From Batkoa obscura (taxonomy: Eukaryota): a stretch of 64,000 bases of DNA. The translations under genes were made by a program, and so were the position numbers. Shown piece by piece: positions 52,473 through 63,800 of this stretch. The stretch covers positions 248,001 through 312,000 of the forward strand of contig JASVEC010000023.1 of NCBI GenBank assembly GCA_030770535.1, read 5' to 3'. The notes under the pieces are model-generated. The model had not been told where the DNA came from. It did no database searches and saw nothing but the letters and a program-made list of their open reading frames with translations. Position 1 is the first letter of the stretch; each line of letters opens with the position of its first letter.

Positions 52473-52832
52473 TTAAATTTTGATTTTGTTATTGTCCTTA
52501 TCTACTTCTATAGAAAAATTACCACAATTGTCTTTTATCAAAGAAACTCCATGATCAGTTAAATTATCCTAGGTACGTTTTATTTCATTATTTTTATGCC
52601 ACGCTCCTTTAGGAACCAATACAGAAATCAAAACACCATTAAACCCATTTGTGATATTTTCCTTTTCTCCATTTATAAAATAGTGCTTTCGAGTGAAACC
52701 ATCATCAGAATACAGACTAATTTTATAAAGGCCCGTTAATGCACTATATCATGAGGTCGCTTTACCATTAAACTAATTGGGCGCATTGAAGCACCCATAA
52801 ATTTTAGGAGTATACCAACTTCCGCCCCTTTG
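52473..52832 (-). pseudogene. Crystallin-like copy 5, 5'-deleted
   Basis: QRGGSWYTPKIYGCFNAPN*FNGKATS*Y...KRT*DNL; not in the ORF track. Confidence 0.8.
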
Positions 52833-53223
52833 CTTTTATGAGCATGCGAATTTTAAGTATAAATGTTGGTGCGAAGCTGTTACTGAATATACCAATATAT
52901 TTGATGAGGCTAATGACATAATGGCTTCATGGAAAAATTCAAAGGTCCAAGTTTCCGAAATCTACATCTATTCTAATGTTGAGTGTACTGGAGATATTTG
53001 ATATTTAAATGCAGATGAGGAAAATGTAAATGAAGCCAGCGATGTTATGAGTCCTGCAAAAATTATTCGAATTAAGTATATGAATGACAAAGTAAAACGT
53101 GTAAAGAATGATTTGGCCAACTATAAAATCTCTACGAATAAAGTGAATTTTGACAGTATCAGTATAAAAGTAAATAAAGCTGATGGTAGGGTTTCACTTC
53201 AAAGAACCAGCTTTGATTTATAA
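52829..53223 (+). pseudogene. Crystallin-like copy 4, 5'-deleted (no signal peptide)
   Basis: CFYEHANFKYKCWC...ANDIMASW...ECTGDI*YL...SDVMS; not in the ORF track. Confidence 0.8.
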
Positions 53224-53390
53224 AAAAATAGGAAGTAAATAGAAATAAATTTCTAAAAAATATGGACTTTAAAACAATACTTTGAAATTTTTAAATATAA
53301 TAAGTGTGAGAATAGTAGCATTTATACAAAGTTTTTTCATATTACCATCAGTGGTAAGTTGATTTATATTGTACTTTTGTTATAGTATAT

Positions 53391-53485
53391 GGAGATGTTC
53401 TTTTTGGTTTCATCACTTTTTGTACCTTTTAAGTGCCATTTGAGCAGAAAAAATCAATAAAATCCTTAAACACAAATACATCCTC
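53391..53485 (-). mobile_element. MITE copy
   Basis: GGAGATGT...ACATCCTC, ATAT TSD. Confidence 0.8.
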
Positions 53486-53716
53486 ATATTTATAAGAAAT
53501 AAATTAATAAAAAAAATTGTATTCTAAGTAGTGGAGTTTAAAATCAGTTTATTAAAATTACATAAATAGAGTTAAATTTGATAATTAGTGTATATTCCAT
53601 TGACAGGCCAATATTGATAAGTAGTGTATTCATGATATCATAACTATTTTAAGTTTTTAATTACCATTATAAACACACATTATTGGTTGATGATAACATT
53701 GCAATCTTAATAATAT

Positions 53717-53811
53717 GGAGATGTATTTTTGTATTCAAGATTTTTACTAACAATTTTTCCACTTGAATAGCCCGCTTAAAAATGGAAAAAGTGAAGCCAA
53801 AAAACAACCTC
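53717..53811 (+). mobile_element. MITE copy
   Basis: GGAGATGT...ACAACCTC, ATAT TSD. Confidence 0.8.
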
Positions 53812-54274
53812 ATATGGAAGTTTGATATTAAGGTTTGAATGTGTTAAAAAATGTTTTATGAATTTTCTCTTAACATACAAATAAAAATAAAAATGGCTTT
53901 TACTACAGAAAATTCAAAAAACTTAGTTTTTTGTTTTGATGGGTTAGTATGCAATTACTCAGGCTCTAAGTGTCAGGAAAACTGATGCTTTTTAATCAAG
54001 GGAAAAGACATTTAATGTGTTATTTTTATGTATTAGCTCATTATCAACTAATTACGTCTCTAAGACGTGTCAACTTTAACTATTTAGTGAGAACCTCTAT
54101 AATATATTGTCATGGTTTTGCCTTTTAGAATTTAAGCAAATTAAATTATGTAATTTCATCTTTACTGAATTTTGCCTACCAAATGAAAAATTGATTATTT
54201 TTGAAGCTTAACCTACGAAATTTCTACTATTTGTAGAATAAATATTATTTTAGGTTTATAGAATGAAAGAATCA

Positions 54275-54348
54275 GTTTCCGTGGTGTAGTTGGTTATCAC
54301 ATCTGTCTAACACACAGAAGGTCTCCAGTTCGAATCTGGACGGAAACA
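54275..54348 (+). tRNA. tRNA-Val(AAC)
   Basis: GTTTCCG acceptor stem, TCTGT-CT-AAC-AC-ACAGA, GTTCGAATC T-loop. Confidence 0.95.
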
Positions 54349-54495
54349 ATTTGAGAATCTATTTATGTTTTTATAACATGTGTAACTACTGTTTATAATA
54401 TAGAGCTGTTTTTTAAAAACTGATCAAAATTTACTAAGCAAATCTAAAATAAAGATCTTTTTTAAAAAACAGCCTTTTATTTCTTTAATAAATAA

Positions 54496-54777
<282 letters not shown>

Positions 54778-54924
54778 AATAGAACCCTTTTTTTATTAAA
54801 AGTATTTAATATAACCTATTATTTATTTTAACTTTTGCTTTGCTTAGATTTTATTCTTTATTTTTTAAAATTCAAAGGACAATAGATTTATGTGCTTTGT
54901 TTGATACTAATAGGAATCAACACA

Positions 54925-55173
54925 TCACTTATTCCAGGAGACAAAAAATCAAAAGAGATTTGTCCTTGAAGAAGGGTTAGGATTTTGTCATCGTGATTAG
55001 ATTAGAGCCTCTTAAAGAGCAGGGAATCAAAGAGGTTTAGACACTGTTGAAAGATTTGACTTTCCGTAACAGTCTATAAAGAATTTTACTTAATATTAGC
55101 TATGGCGCTTAGGGTCTAGTTTTATAGCAGGAGGAGAAGTAGAGTTAAAGAGGATTTTAGTACGAACTGATAC
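54925..55173 (+). ncRNA. Candidate structured non-coding RNA, family unassigned
   Basis: GC-enriched island with four consecutive hairpins containing plus-strand G-U pairs and a terminal CTGA. Confidence 0.35.
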
Positions 55174-55239
55174 AATAAAAAAATATTGACCAAATAACAA
55201 TATAATAGGCATGATTTTATTCTTTATTTTTATAATGTT

Positions 55240-56568
55240 TTAAACTTCTAGTTTTAACATACCACCTCTTCCATCCGTTGAACAATCTACATAATGAATT
55301 TTCTCAGTATCTAAATAATCTAATACATTTGGTAACAATCGAGCATTTTGTTTTGAATGATGGCCTGAACCAATGATAATATAAAGCAAATTATCTTTGC
55401 CGATCACTTTATCATTCCTTAAAAATTGAATACTTTCTTCTAATACACTTAAAGCTTCATTAACATGAAGTCCATGAAGATCTAATACATTTTTATCTTT
55501 TCCTTTACGATTTTGTAAAATTGCTTTAGCTGCTAATCTATGTTGTTCTTTCATTAATAAATTATATTTTTGACCTTCTAACGAGTTTTGTTTAGCTGTA
55601 TCCATTTTATTATTCAAGTAACCACTCCTTGCTTTTTCAAAATATGAGTTACGTATCTTAGCTAACTCAATAGCTTTGGAACGATAATCTAAATATATTT
55701 GACTTACTGCAGAGCCAGTTTCAACCCATGGGACTATTACTTCTGGGCGTTTTGGTATGCCTTTAATACGTTTTTCTAAACTTTGAGGACCCCTAGTATC
55801 TTTGATGGTTTTACTCTTTCCGTATTCTTTTGGTTTTGGGAATCTTTGTTTTAATAAATTATAGGCAGTTAATTCATTATCTCGAGCACTATTTAAATAT
55901 TGTAATAATATGGTATTAGGCACCCAAGGCAATTTATCTTTTAAGTAGCTCATCTTTTTACTATTTTGTTCACTTTTGATGGCTATCTTGTTAGATTTCC
56001 AAAAGTTATTATTGCTATTGCTTTGGGTGTTGTTAATTAAATCTGGAAACTCAAATTTATTTGTAATAGTACTTTCTTTTTTAGCTGTGGGTTCTAAAAC
56101 TAAATTAGTTAGCTTGTTCGTTATTGTGACTGTGTCTACTTTATGTAGAAAATGGCAGCTATCCCCATTGGCACAAAATCCTTTTAACCAAAATTTACAT
56201 ACAGTTGAGTCTAAAGAATGAGAAAACCAACAGTCTTTACGGAAACAAGAACCTTCTATAAAATGACGACATACCTGAGGCTTCTTTATTGTTGTATCTG
56301 GTTGAGTTGTATCAGTAGGAATAGTTGGTGCAGTTGATTTTGGTTTAAATTCTTGATCAATTAAAATATTCATTGTTTTTTCAAGCTCATAACCATTATC
56401 TTCAAGTAATTTAGATAAAAATTCAATTGGTAACTCACTCATATAATCTAAGTCTTCTTCTAATTGTACTTCACTTCCTAGTGGTTGATGGTAATTTGGC
56501 TCTTTCTTCTGAGGTGATATCATCTTTCCTTGTTTTACATAATTTACTTTTATCTTTGAATTGTACAT
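55240..56568 (-). CDS. CCCH zinc finger + DUF1771/Smr endonuclease-domain protein
   Basis: Two C-x7-C-x4/5-C-x3-H fingers, LDLHGLHVNEA, YIIIGSGHHS, GRGGML. Confidence 0.88.
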   Translation of the reverse strand: MYNSKIKVNYVKQGKMISPQKKEPNYHQPLGSEVQLEEDLDYMSELPIEFLSKLLEDNGYELEKTMNILIDQEFKPKSTAPTIPTDTTQPDTTIKKPQVCRHFIEGSCFRKDCWFSHSLDSTVCKFWLKGFCANGDSCHFLHKVDTVTITNKLTNLVLEPTAKKESTITNKFEFPDLINNTQSNSNNNFWKSNKIAIKSEQNSKKMSYLKDKLPWVPNTILLQYLNSARDNELTAYNLLKQRFPKPKEYGKSKTIKDTRGPQSLEKRIKGIPKRPEVIVPWVETGSAVSQIYLDYRSKAIELAKIRNSYFEKARSGYLNNKMDTAKQNSLEGQKYNLLMKEQHRLAAKAILQNRKGKDKNVLDLHGLHVNEALSVLEESIQFLRNDKVIGKDNLLYIIIGSGHHSKQNARLLPNVLDYLDTEKIHYVDCSTDGRGGMLKLEV

Positions 56569-56796
56569 TTGAAAAATTTAAACTTAAAAAAAAGTTAATT
56601 AAAATTTTAAGTTTCAACTCAAAATAAGTCAATAAAAAACTTCCAAAAAGAATCTAAACTATTATTGAATTTTATTATTATTGTTATACTATATATAAGC
56701 CCTACTTAATAAATGATAAATCAAAATGAATAATTTTAATAGAATGCAAAATAACTAATGAACTAAATGGATAAAGCAAATGCAATTTAAATCCTT

Positions 56797-58579
56797 TTAA
56801 TTGACTCTTCCTTTTGTTTCAATAGGTAACAATACCATGCAAATACCAACAAACACAAACATAATAGCTGATATATAATTAGGAAGTGATAAAGAAATAG
56901 ATATCAATCCGCCAGTAACTAAAGGTGCTATTATACCCGCACTAAAAGTAAATAATATTAATATCAAATCACAATAAACTAAAATAACAACTTACATTCT
57001 ACTTAAAGCAGACGCAGTACCACAAGCAGTACCACGTACTACAGTATCAAACACTTCAGGGGTATAAGCGTAAATAACAGCATACATAATAGTGACTAAA
57101 AATGAAATAAGACTTGAAGAAAATACAATTAAATTTGAAGATTTGGCAAAGATAAATAATATTAAGCCAAATGCTGAGCCAAATGCTGATAATGCCATGG
57201 ACCCCTTTCTTCCTAAAAAGGTTTCTACTAAGAAACTACCAAGCTATAAATAAGATGTTAATTATTATAATTTTAATATAAATAATATAAATAAGACTTA
57301 CAATTGAGCCTGGTATTCCACTTAATGAGTAAATAAATGTAGAAAAATAAACTTCAGCTAAAGTAAATTTTGTACCATCGGAACCGTTTTTCATATCCAA
57401 ATAACTTGGTAAAAATACATTAAACATAGTATAAGCGAAAGAAGTAAATGTCCAAATAAGCCAAACCAAAATAGTCGTTTTAAAATATTTTCTCGAAAAT
57501 AAAGGAATCAACTTATCAAAATAACTTCTATTTTCGACAATATTAACTGAATCGGAATCGCCACTATGATTAGATTTTGTTTCTAACATACTTTCTTCAA
57601 TTTCAGGCGATATTGTATTATAATCTAAATTATTATCATTTTGTATATCCTTTAAATTAATCGATAGCCTAGAGCCATTAATATGTACGATTTTTCTTAA
57701 TACAACGACTACTTCTTCAGCTCGGTTTTGAGACATTAAAAATTTCGGAGATTCAGGTAAATGAAATAATACTACCCTTGCAATAACCATAAATAAATTA
57801 AACATACCCAAGGTAAACAATAATATTCTCCATCCATTGTTTTCTTTTTCCATATCACAGTTTAATAACGAATTGTCATTATTATCTAAATTTTCATTAA
57901 CACAGGAGTATCTAGGTAATATAACCCAAGCTAAAAAAGAAGTAAAAGCAGCACCAAAAGAAAAGAAAACGGATAAGAAAGTCAATAAATATTGTGATTC
58001 TTTTGGAATGAATTCTAAAAATAAAGCGCCATCCACAGGCATATTGCCCCCAACCCCAAAACCTAAGAATAATAAACATATACATAAACTAATGAAATTT
58101 GGTGCCAAAGAAGCCAATATACCAAATACACCTGCTACAGCTAAGGTCCAATTAAATGCTGGTTTTCTCCCATTTTTATCTGAAAATAATCCCCAAAATA
58201 ATGAACCTATCATCATACCAGTAAATATACTCGAAGATAATAAACCAATTTTATATTCTGATACAGAAAAGCTATCCTTTACTCGGGGTAGTATAACTGC
58301 TATACATTGTAACCACATATTATCAGCTAACCAACCTAAACCACATAAAATTAACATTTGTTGTTGAAATTTTCCAAAGCCTATTTTGGAGATTGTTTCA
58401 TCTAACAATGTACTATTAGAAAATGTAGGACTTAGTCGACCAGATTCTAAGTTTATATCTGAATTTTTAGGATTCGATTGTAATAATGGGTTGATATCCA
58501 CAATGTTATCCGTTGACAATGGACTGTATGTTGTACTTGGTGATAACTCTAAAGGATGTAATTTTCCTGGATTGGTCAT
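56797..58579 (-). CDS. MFS transporter (SV2/SVOP-like), 2 introns
   Basis: IGFGKFQ, GLGWLADNMW, SDKNGRK, GVGGNMPVD, PESPKFL, YTPEVFDTVVRGT, PIETKG. Confidence 0.92.
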
Positions 58580-59807
58580 TTTGAGAATTGCTTTTTTTAT
58601 TGTAATATGAGAGATATGTATAAACGTTGTTTTTAATTTATAAACATAAAGTATTGATTCACTGATTTTTTTGTTTTGTTTTGGTTCAAGTTATAATAAG
58701 ATTAGTTATAAACTATATAAATTTAAATTGGCTTAGTATATTAAGGATAGTAAGATTAAATTTTACCTTTAATGACAATAAACTTGATTGTTTATTTTTT
58801 TTGATAAATGAAATAGAAATAGAAATAAAATTAAGTTATAAATTATTTATAACGCATACGATTCTAATGGCAACTTGTATGTTAATCAATCAACAAATAA
58901 ACTAATATTTTTAGATTTTTTTTAAAATAAAAATTATACTTTTTTTTCTTTTTAACGTAAAACTTATTCTTAAATTTATTAATTACAACGTCCTCAATTA
59001 AAAATAATAATCGATGACTTCATTTTTTCCCAGAATTTCATTATTATCATAGCAATTTTGCAATAATTTGAATATTTAATGGATTATATATTATCTGACC
59101 TTTAATTAATTATTACTAACTTTAATCTTTATTGACCAAGACTCATATTACTTCTATTGAAAAACTCACGTGTACCTTATTCTTGTTCTCCTTCCTTTAC
59201 AAGTAGAATCCTCTACTCTTTCTTAACATGTGTTGTTTCTAATCACTAAGCAATAGCTGAAAGCGGTCTTATTATTACTAATTAAATAGGAATAAAGAAG
59301 TTGCTATAATTGAGTGGTTCTAGATTTTGATGTAAAGGGTTAACTTTATATGTTAAAAAGTAAGGTAAAAGGCTATAGTTAATCCGAAGGATTGTTGATT
59401 GAATTTGAGTATAGCAAATGGAGTAATTTGTAGTAGGTTCACTACCATAAAGTAATTCAGAAAAAATGCAACGTATCAGGAGTCTTTATTGTATAGAAGT
59501 ACTAAAAGCAAGAGAATTAATCCTGGCTATTGTGCATAAGGATTATTCTGGGTACTATTAAAATTTCAAATAAACTTTATAACATTTAGTGGATTAGTTA
59601 ATTAATTTTTGTTAAATTTGTATTAAAACTTAGTTAAATTTATCATATTAAGGTGAACAAATTATATTTTAAAAATTAAAAGTATTTAAATTGAATGCTA
59701 GATTTTACTCATAAAAAAAGCTATACTAAAATCTAGAGGGATTATAAAAAAATGAGTACAAGGGATAATATAATTTGTAAATATACAATTTAAAAACCAA
59801 AAATTGA

Positions 59808-59879
59808 CTCTCGAGCGGGGAATTGAACCCCGGTCTCCCGCGTGACAGGCGGGGATACTCACCACTATACTACCCGAGA
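59808..59879 (-). tRNA. tRNA-Asp(GTC)
   Basis: 72-nt cloverleaf, CCCGC-CT-GTC-AC-GCGGG. Confidence 0.95.
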
Positions 59880-60008
59880 TGCTATTTTCTATTCAATTAG
59901 CAAATAAATTTATATAAACTTGTAATTACTAAATAATTTAATCAAATAGGAACATTTATAATCGCGTCATTTTGTTTTAAATTTACACATTATTTAGAGT
60001 TTATTTAA

Positions 60009-62033
60009 ATGGATTTGACCCACAGTTCATGTATATTATTAGGTACCGGATTAGAAGAATCTATATTGGCTAGGCAAGAATATAATAATATATAAGGCCA
60101 TATAACTAACATGGTTACTAATATTATTTCATTTAGTTCACTAGCTAAAAAAGGTAAGTCAGTAGTCCATATAGATCAAGCAGGAAGTTATGGTGGACTT
60201 TGGAAAGTGAATAATTTATGGGAATTTTGTTTGGAGTTGTTAGAAGAAAAAGAAAGAGAGATAAGTGAAAGTAAATTTTATTTCAGTTAAAGCGTTGAAG
60301 AGGATTAAATAGAATAATTTAGCTGGTGAGTTAAAAAGGGTAGTTCATTCAGGAGAAATCAAATTTCCAAATGTTGAATTAGAGACAGATAAAGAAGCGA
60401 TTATTAAATATATAAAGAAAGAGATTGATACATTAGAAGAAGAGAAGTTTGGAGAGATTATGGAAGTATTTAAAAAGGATAGGGATTTCTTACTTGAAAA
60501 AAATTTCAAGTTTTTATTGTCAAAAGGAGAAATGGTAGAATTGATTCAAAATTCAAAAGCATTTAATTATTTGGAATTTCAATTACTAAACGAGGAATTA
60601 ATCTTTTTAGATGACAAGTTTATAAAGGTAAGTTAAAAGTATTTTCTAGTATAGGTTAACTGATGTTTATAATATTTTTCACTAGGTTCCATTTAATAAA
60701 GAACAAGTATTCTCCAATGACGATTTGAGTTTAATTGATAAACGTAAATTGGTTAGGTTTTTAAAGTTCGCTTTTAGCTTCCAAGAACAAGAGCAAGTTT
60801 GGGAAGGTAAAGATGATATGCTATATTTTTTAAGAGAAAATTATTGACTTGTGATAATAGAATATAAAAATAGACCGTTAGAATTGTTCTTGCGAGAAAA
60901 ATTTCAATTAAATGAAAATTTAATTAATGCTTTATTTTATTCAATATTATATGAGTTGAATGATATTTATCAAAGTAAGGTTATTGGATTATAGAGATTA
61001 TAATAACATATATTAACATAATATAACGTAATTTATTAGTTAATGTTATTGAAGGGTTGGTAGAAATACAAAAATTCATAAAATCAATGGGAGTTTATGG
61101 CAATCATAGTTTAATTTATCCATTGTATGGCTCAGGTTCAGAATTAAGCCAGGCTTTTTGTCGGTAATTACAATTTACAATAATACTTAATGAAATAATA
61201 ATAATATTATAGTATTTCAGCAATTCATAGCGGTATTTATATTTTAAATGAGCCCATTTTAGGTATTACTAAGAATGATAACATCATTAATGATAATGAA
61301 AGCCAACAATTTTCATTTACAGTAAAAACGGAACAATTCAAAATTAATACAGAGACAATAATAATAAATAGTGAACATTTGTTAGATAATTTGATTGAAG
61401 AATCTTTGGAAATTGAGTAAATATTAGATAATAAAATTATTATGATTTATTAATTAATATAATTATTTAGAGGGTATCATTATAAATCCATTAATATAAT
61501 AAAGTTGGAAATTTCTAATTCAATTCAGCATTTAACAATACCAATTAAAGATTTACCACCGATTCATTGTTTTATATTAAATTCAAATGCTAAAGTCTGT
61601 CCACAAGGTTACTGTAAGTTTAATTTATTATTATTGTAATATGTATTTATAACCATTTTAGCCATTATTTATGTATCAACTTATTATACAAAGTTACAAT
61701 CAGAAGATGAAACATTTTTAAAATTACAACAAGGATTAAACAAAATATTAAAATACTATTTTAATGTAAACGGTAAATTTAAACTCAGCACTAATAACAA
61801 ATTACAAATACTAATACTGATTATTATTAGAACTACCAATAATACAATTAAATTTTATACAGAATCAAAGAAGAACAAAAAACACAAATAATGACTATTT
61901 GTTAATTGAAGACCCAAAAAAAGGATATATTATTAATGGCATTAATGAGTCGTGTTTATTAAATATCAAAAAAATTGATTCAACAATAAATCAACTATTT
62001 GATTATATTCCTGAATTAAATATCGAAGAATAA
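60009..62033 (+). CDS. Rab escort protein / GDI family (Mrs6/REP-like), many introns, first intron GC-AG
   Basis: LLGTGLEESILAS-SLAKKGKSVVHIDQAGSYGG, YLEF, VPFNKEQVFSNDDLSLIDKRKLVRFL, YPLYGSGSELSQAFCR, VCPQG. Confidence 0.85.
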
Positions 62034-62095
62034 AAATAGCGTAAAACTAAAATAAATAAACAAAATAAAGCATTTATTCATTATTTAATATTATA

Positions 62096-63800
62096 TTATA
62101 AATTTAATTTAATTTTCTGCAATTCCAATTCAAACTCATTTAACTCCTTTAATTGTAAATTACTCCATCTTTTTAATTGATTGTTTTTATCTTCCATTTG
62201 AAATATTAATTTTTTTAATTCTTCTATTTCATTCAAATGATTTTCATTCTTGTTTGTATTATTATTGTCTTCATTTAATTTTAGTAAATTAGCTTCAATT
62301 TCTTTTAAAAATGATAGAAAGTTTTCCATTTCAATTAAGCTTAGGTTTGCGTCCTCAGTCGTATTGCTATTTAGTTTAGATTCTAATGTAGACAATTCTT
62401 TCTTTAATTCTTCTTCTTTTAGTTTTAACAATTCATCTAATTAAAAAATAACATATCATTAAATAAACTCATAAAACAAAATTCATGTTAAATTACCTTC
62501 TTCATCATCTTGGCTTACAACTTCATTCTTACTTTGTTGTTCCACTTTAAAATTATTATTATTATTATTGTTAAATTGAGAATTCCAATTTGAACCAATA
62601 TTTGAACTTGTGTTATTAATATTATTATTATTATTCATTACATTAACATTACTGTTATTATTGCTTAAATTTCTATCAACGTTGGTATTCATTGAAGGTA
62701 TAGAATTACTCACATTACTACTCATTGAGCTCATAACATTCCCATTATTCATATTACTTCCAGTATTCCCATAATTATTTGTACTAGTATTAAAACTAGT
62801 ATTATAACTTATACTGTTAAAACTGGTATTAAAACTGGTATTATTTGAATTTATATTAGAGCTTGGTGGAGTAATACCCAAAAATCGATTTTTTAAATGG
62901 ATTGGTAGTTGATGTGGTAATTCATGGCCTTTATTAACTAAATTCAATAAATGTAATAATAAACTAAATTGTTCCTTATTAATCTTTTGTTCTCTTTTGA
63001 CATCAATCAAATTCCATGCTTGATTTAAAGCAGCTGGTGTAAATCCTTTTTCTTTTAGAAAGGATGCTATACTATTAGCTAATAAAAAAGTGTTTCTGTT
63101 AAAATCTTCATAAAATAGATTTAGTATTAAATATTACCTTTAACAGTATGACTTTGTTTATCTTCAAACCTATAAAATAAATTATCATAGTTGACTTTAT
63201 CACTTGAATTGATATGCCAATCAATAGGTTTACTGCTCTTCATTCCGCTACTAGCAATACTACTATTAGTTGAGCTAACGGAACTTGGCTATATTTAAAA
63301 AAAAAAGATCAATGTTAATATTAAAATCGCTTCCATTACTTTAACTTCTACAAAATAAAAAAATTCTTACCCTATTCATTCCAGGCATATTATTACCAAT
63401 GACATTACTATTAGTCATTGGGAGAGATAATGGGACTGATTTCATACTTCCATTTAACATGGAAAATATAATAAACATGGCATTAACAAACTCATCTTTT
63501 TCAATAAAACCAGCACTTCGAGTGGCACATAGACTCCTAAAGTTTAGAATTTAGAATTCAATAATTGCTTTGATTTTTGGGGGTAAAATAACGGTGTACC
63601 ATATTTGAGCCAATTGCTGAGTACTTAAACCAGATTGTAAAAATAAGTTACGTGCTTTATCACCTATTAAAGGTTTTAAATTAATTAATTATTTTAAAAT
63701 TCTTATATGATTTCTACTTACTACTCAATTTTCCCATAATCAATGGTTGTTCATAATATATCTTTTCATATTTTTGTCGATCTTGATAGGGTACTTGCAT
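62096..63800 (-). CDS. Two-EH-domain endocytic adaptor with C-terminal coiled coil (End3-like), multi-exon
   Basis: GDKARNLFLQSGLSTQQLAQIW..EFVNAMFIIF; second EH IDWHI..AWNLIDV..EQFSLLLHL; Asn-rich linker; coiled-coil tail. Confidence 0.75.

Noticed and set aside
38261..53223. Alternative genetic code (TAG/TGA read as Trp)
   Set aside because: Conserved genes here use TGG for Trp with no internal stops, and TAG and TGA serve as true terminators (CCT5 ends TAG; crystallin copy 2 ends TGA)
101..53811. CRISPR-like or regulatory interpretation of the ~100-bp repeat
   Set aside because: Dispersed, both orientations, with TIRs and TSDs, so it is a MITE; the context is eukaryotic
54973..54981. AGGGTTAGG (1.5 telomeric repeats) as a telomerase RNA template on the minus strand
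   Set aside because: A 9-nt match can be chance, G-U pairing favours the plus strand, and there is no room for a pseudoknot before the nearby Sm-like site
57837..58367. 176-aa antisense ORF and other antisense ORFs within TOP2, the HTH gene, CCT5 and the Smr gene
   Set aside because: Shadow or alternative frames of real genes with no independent motifs
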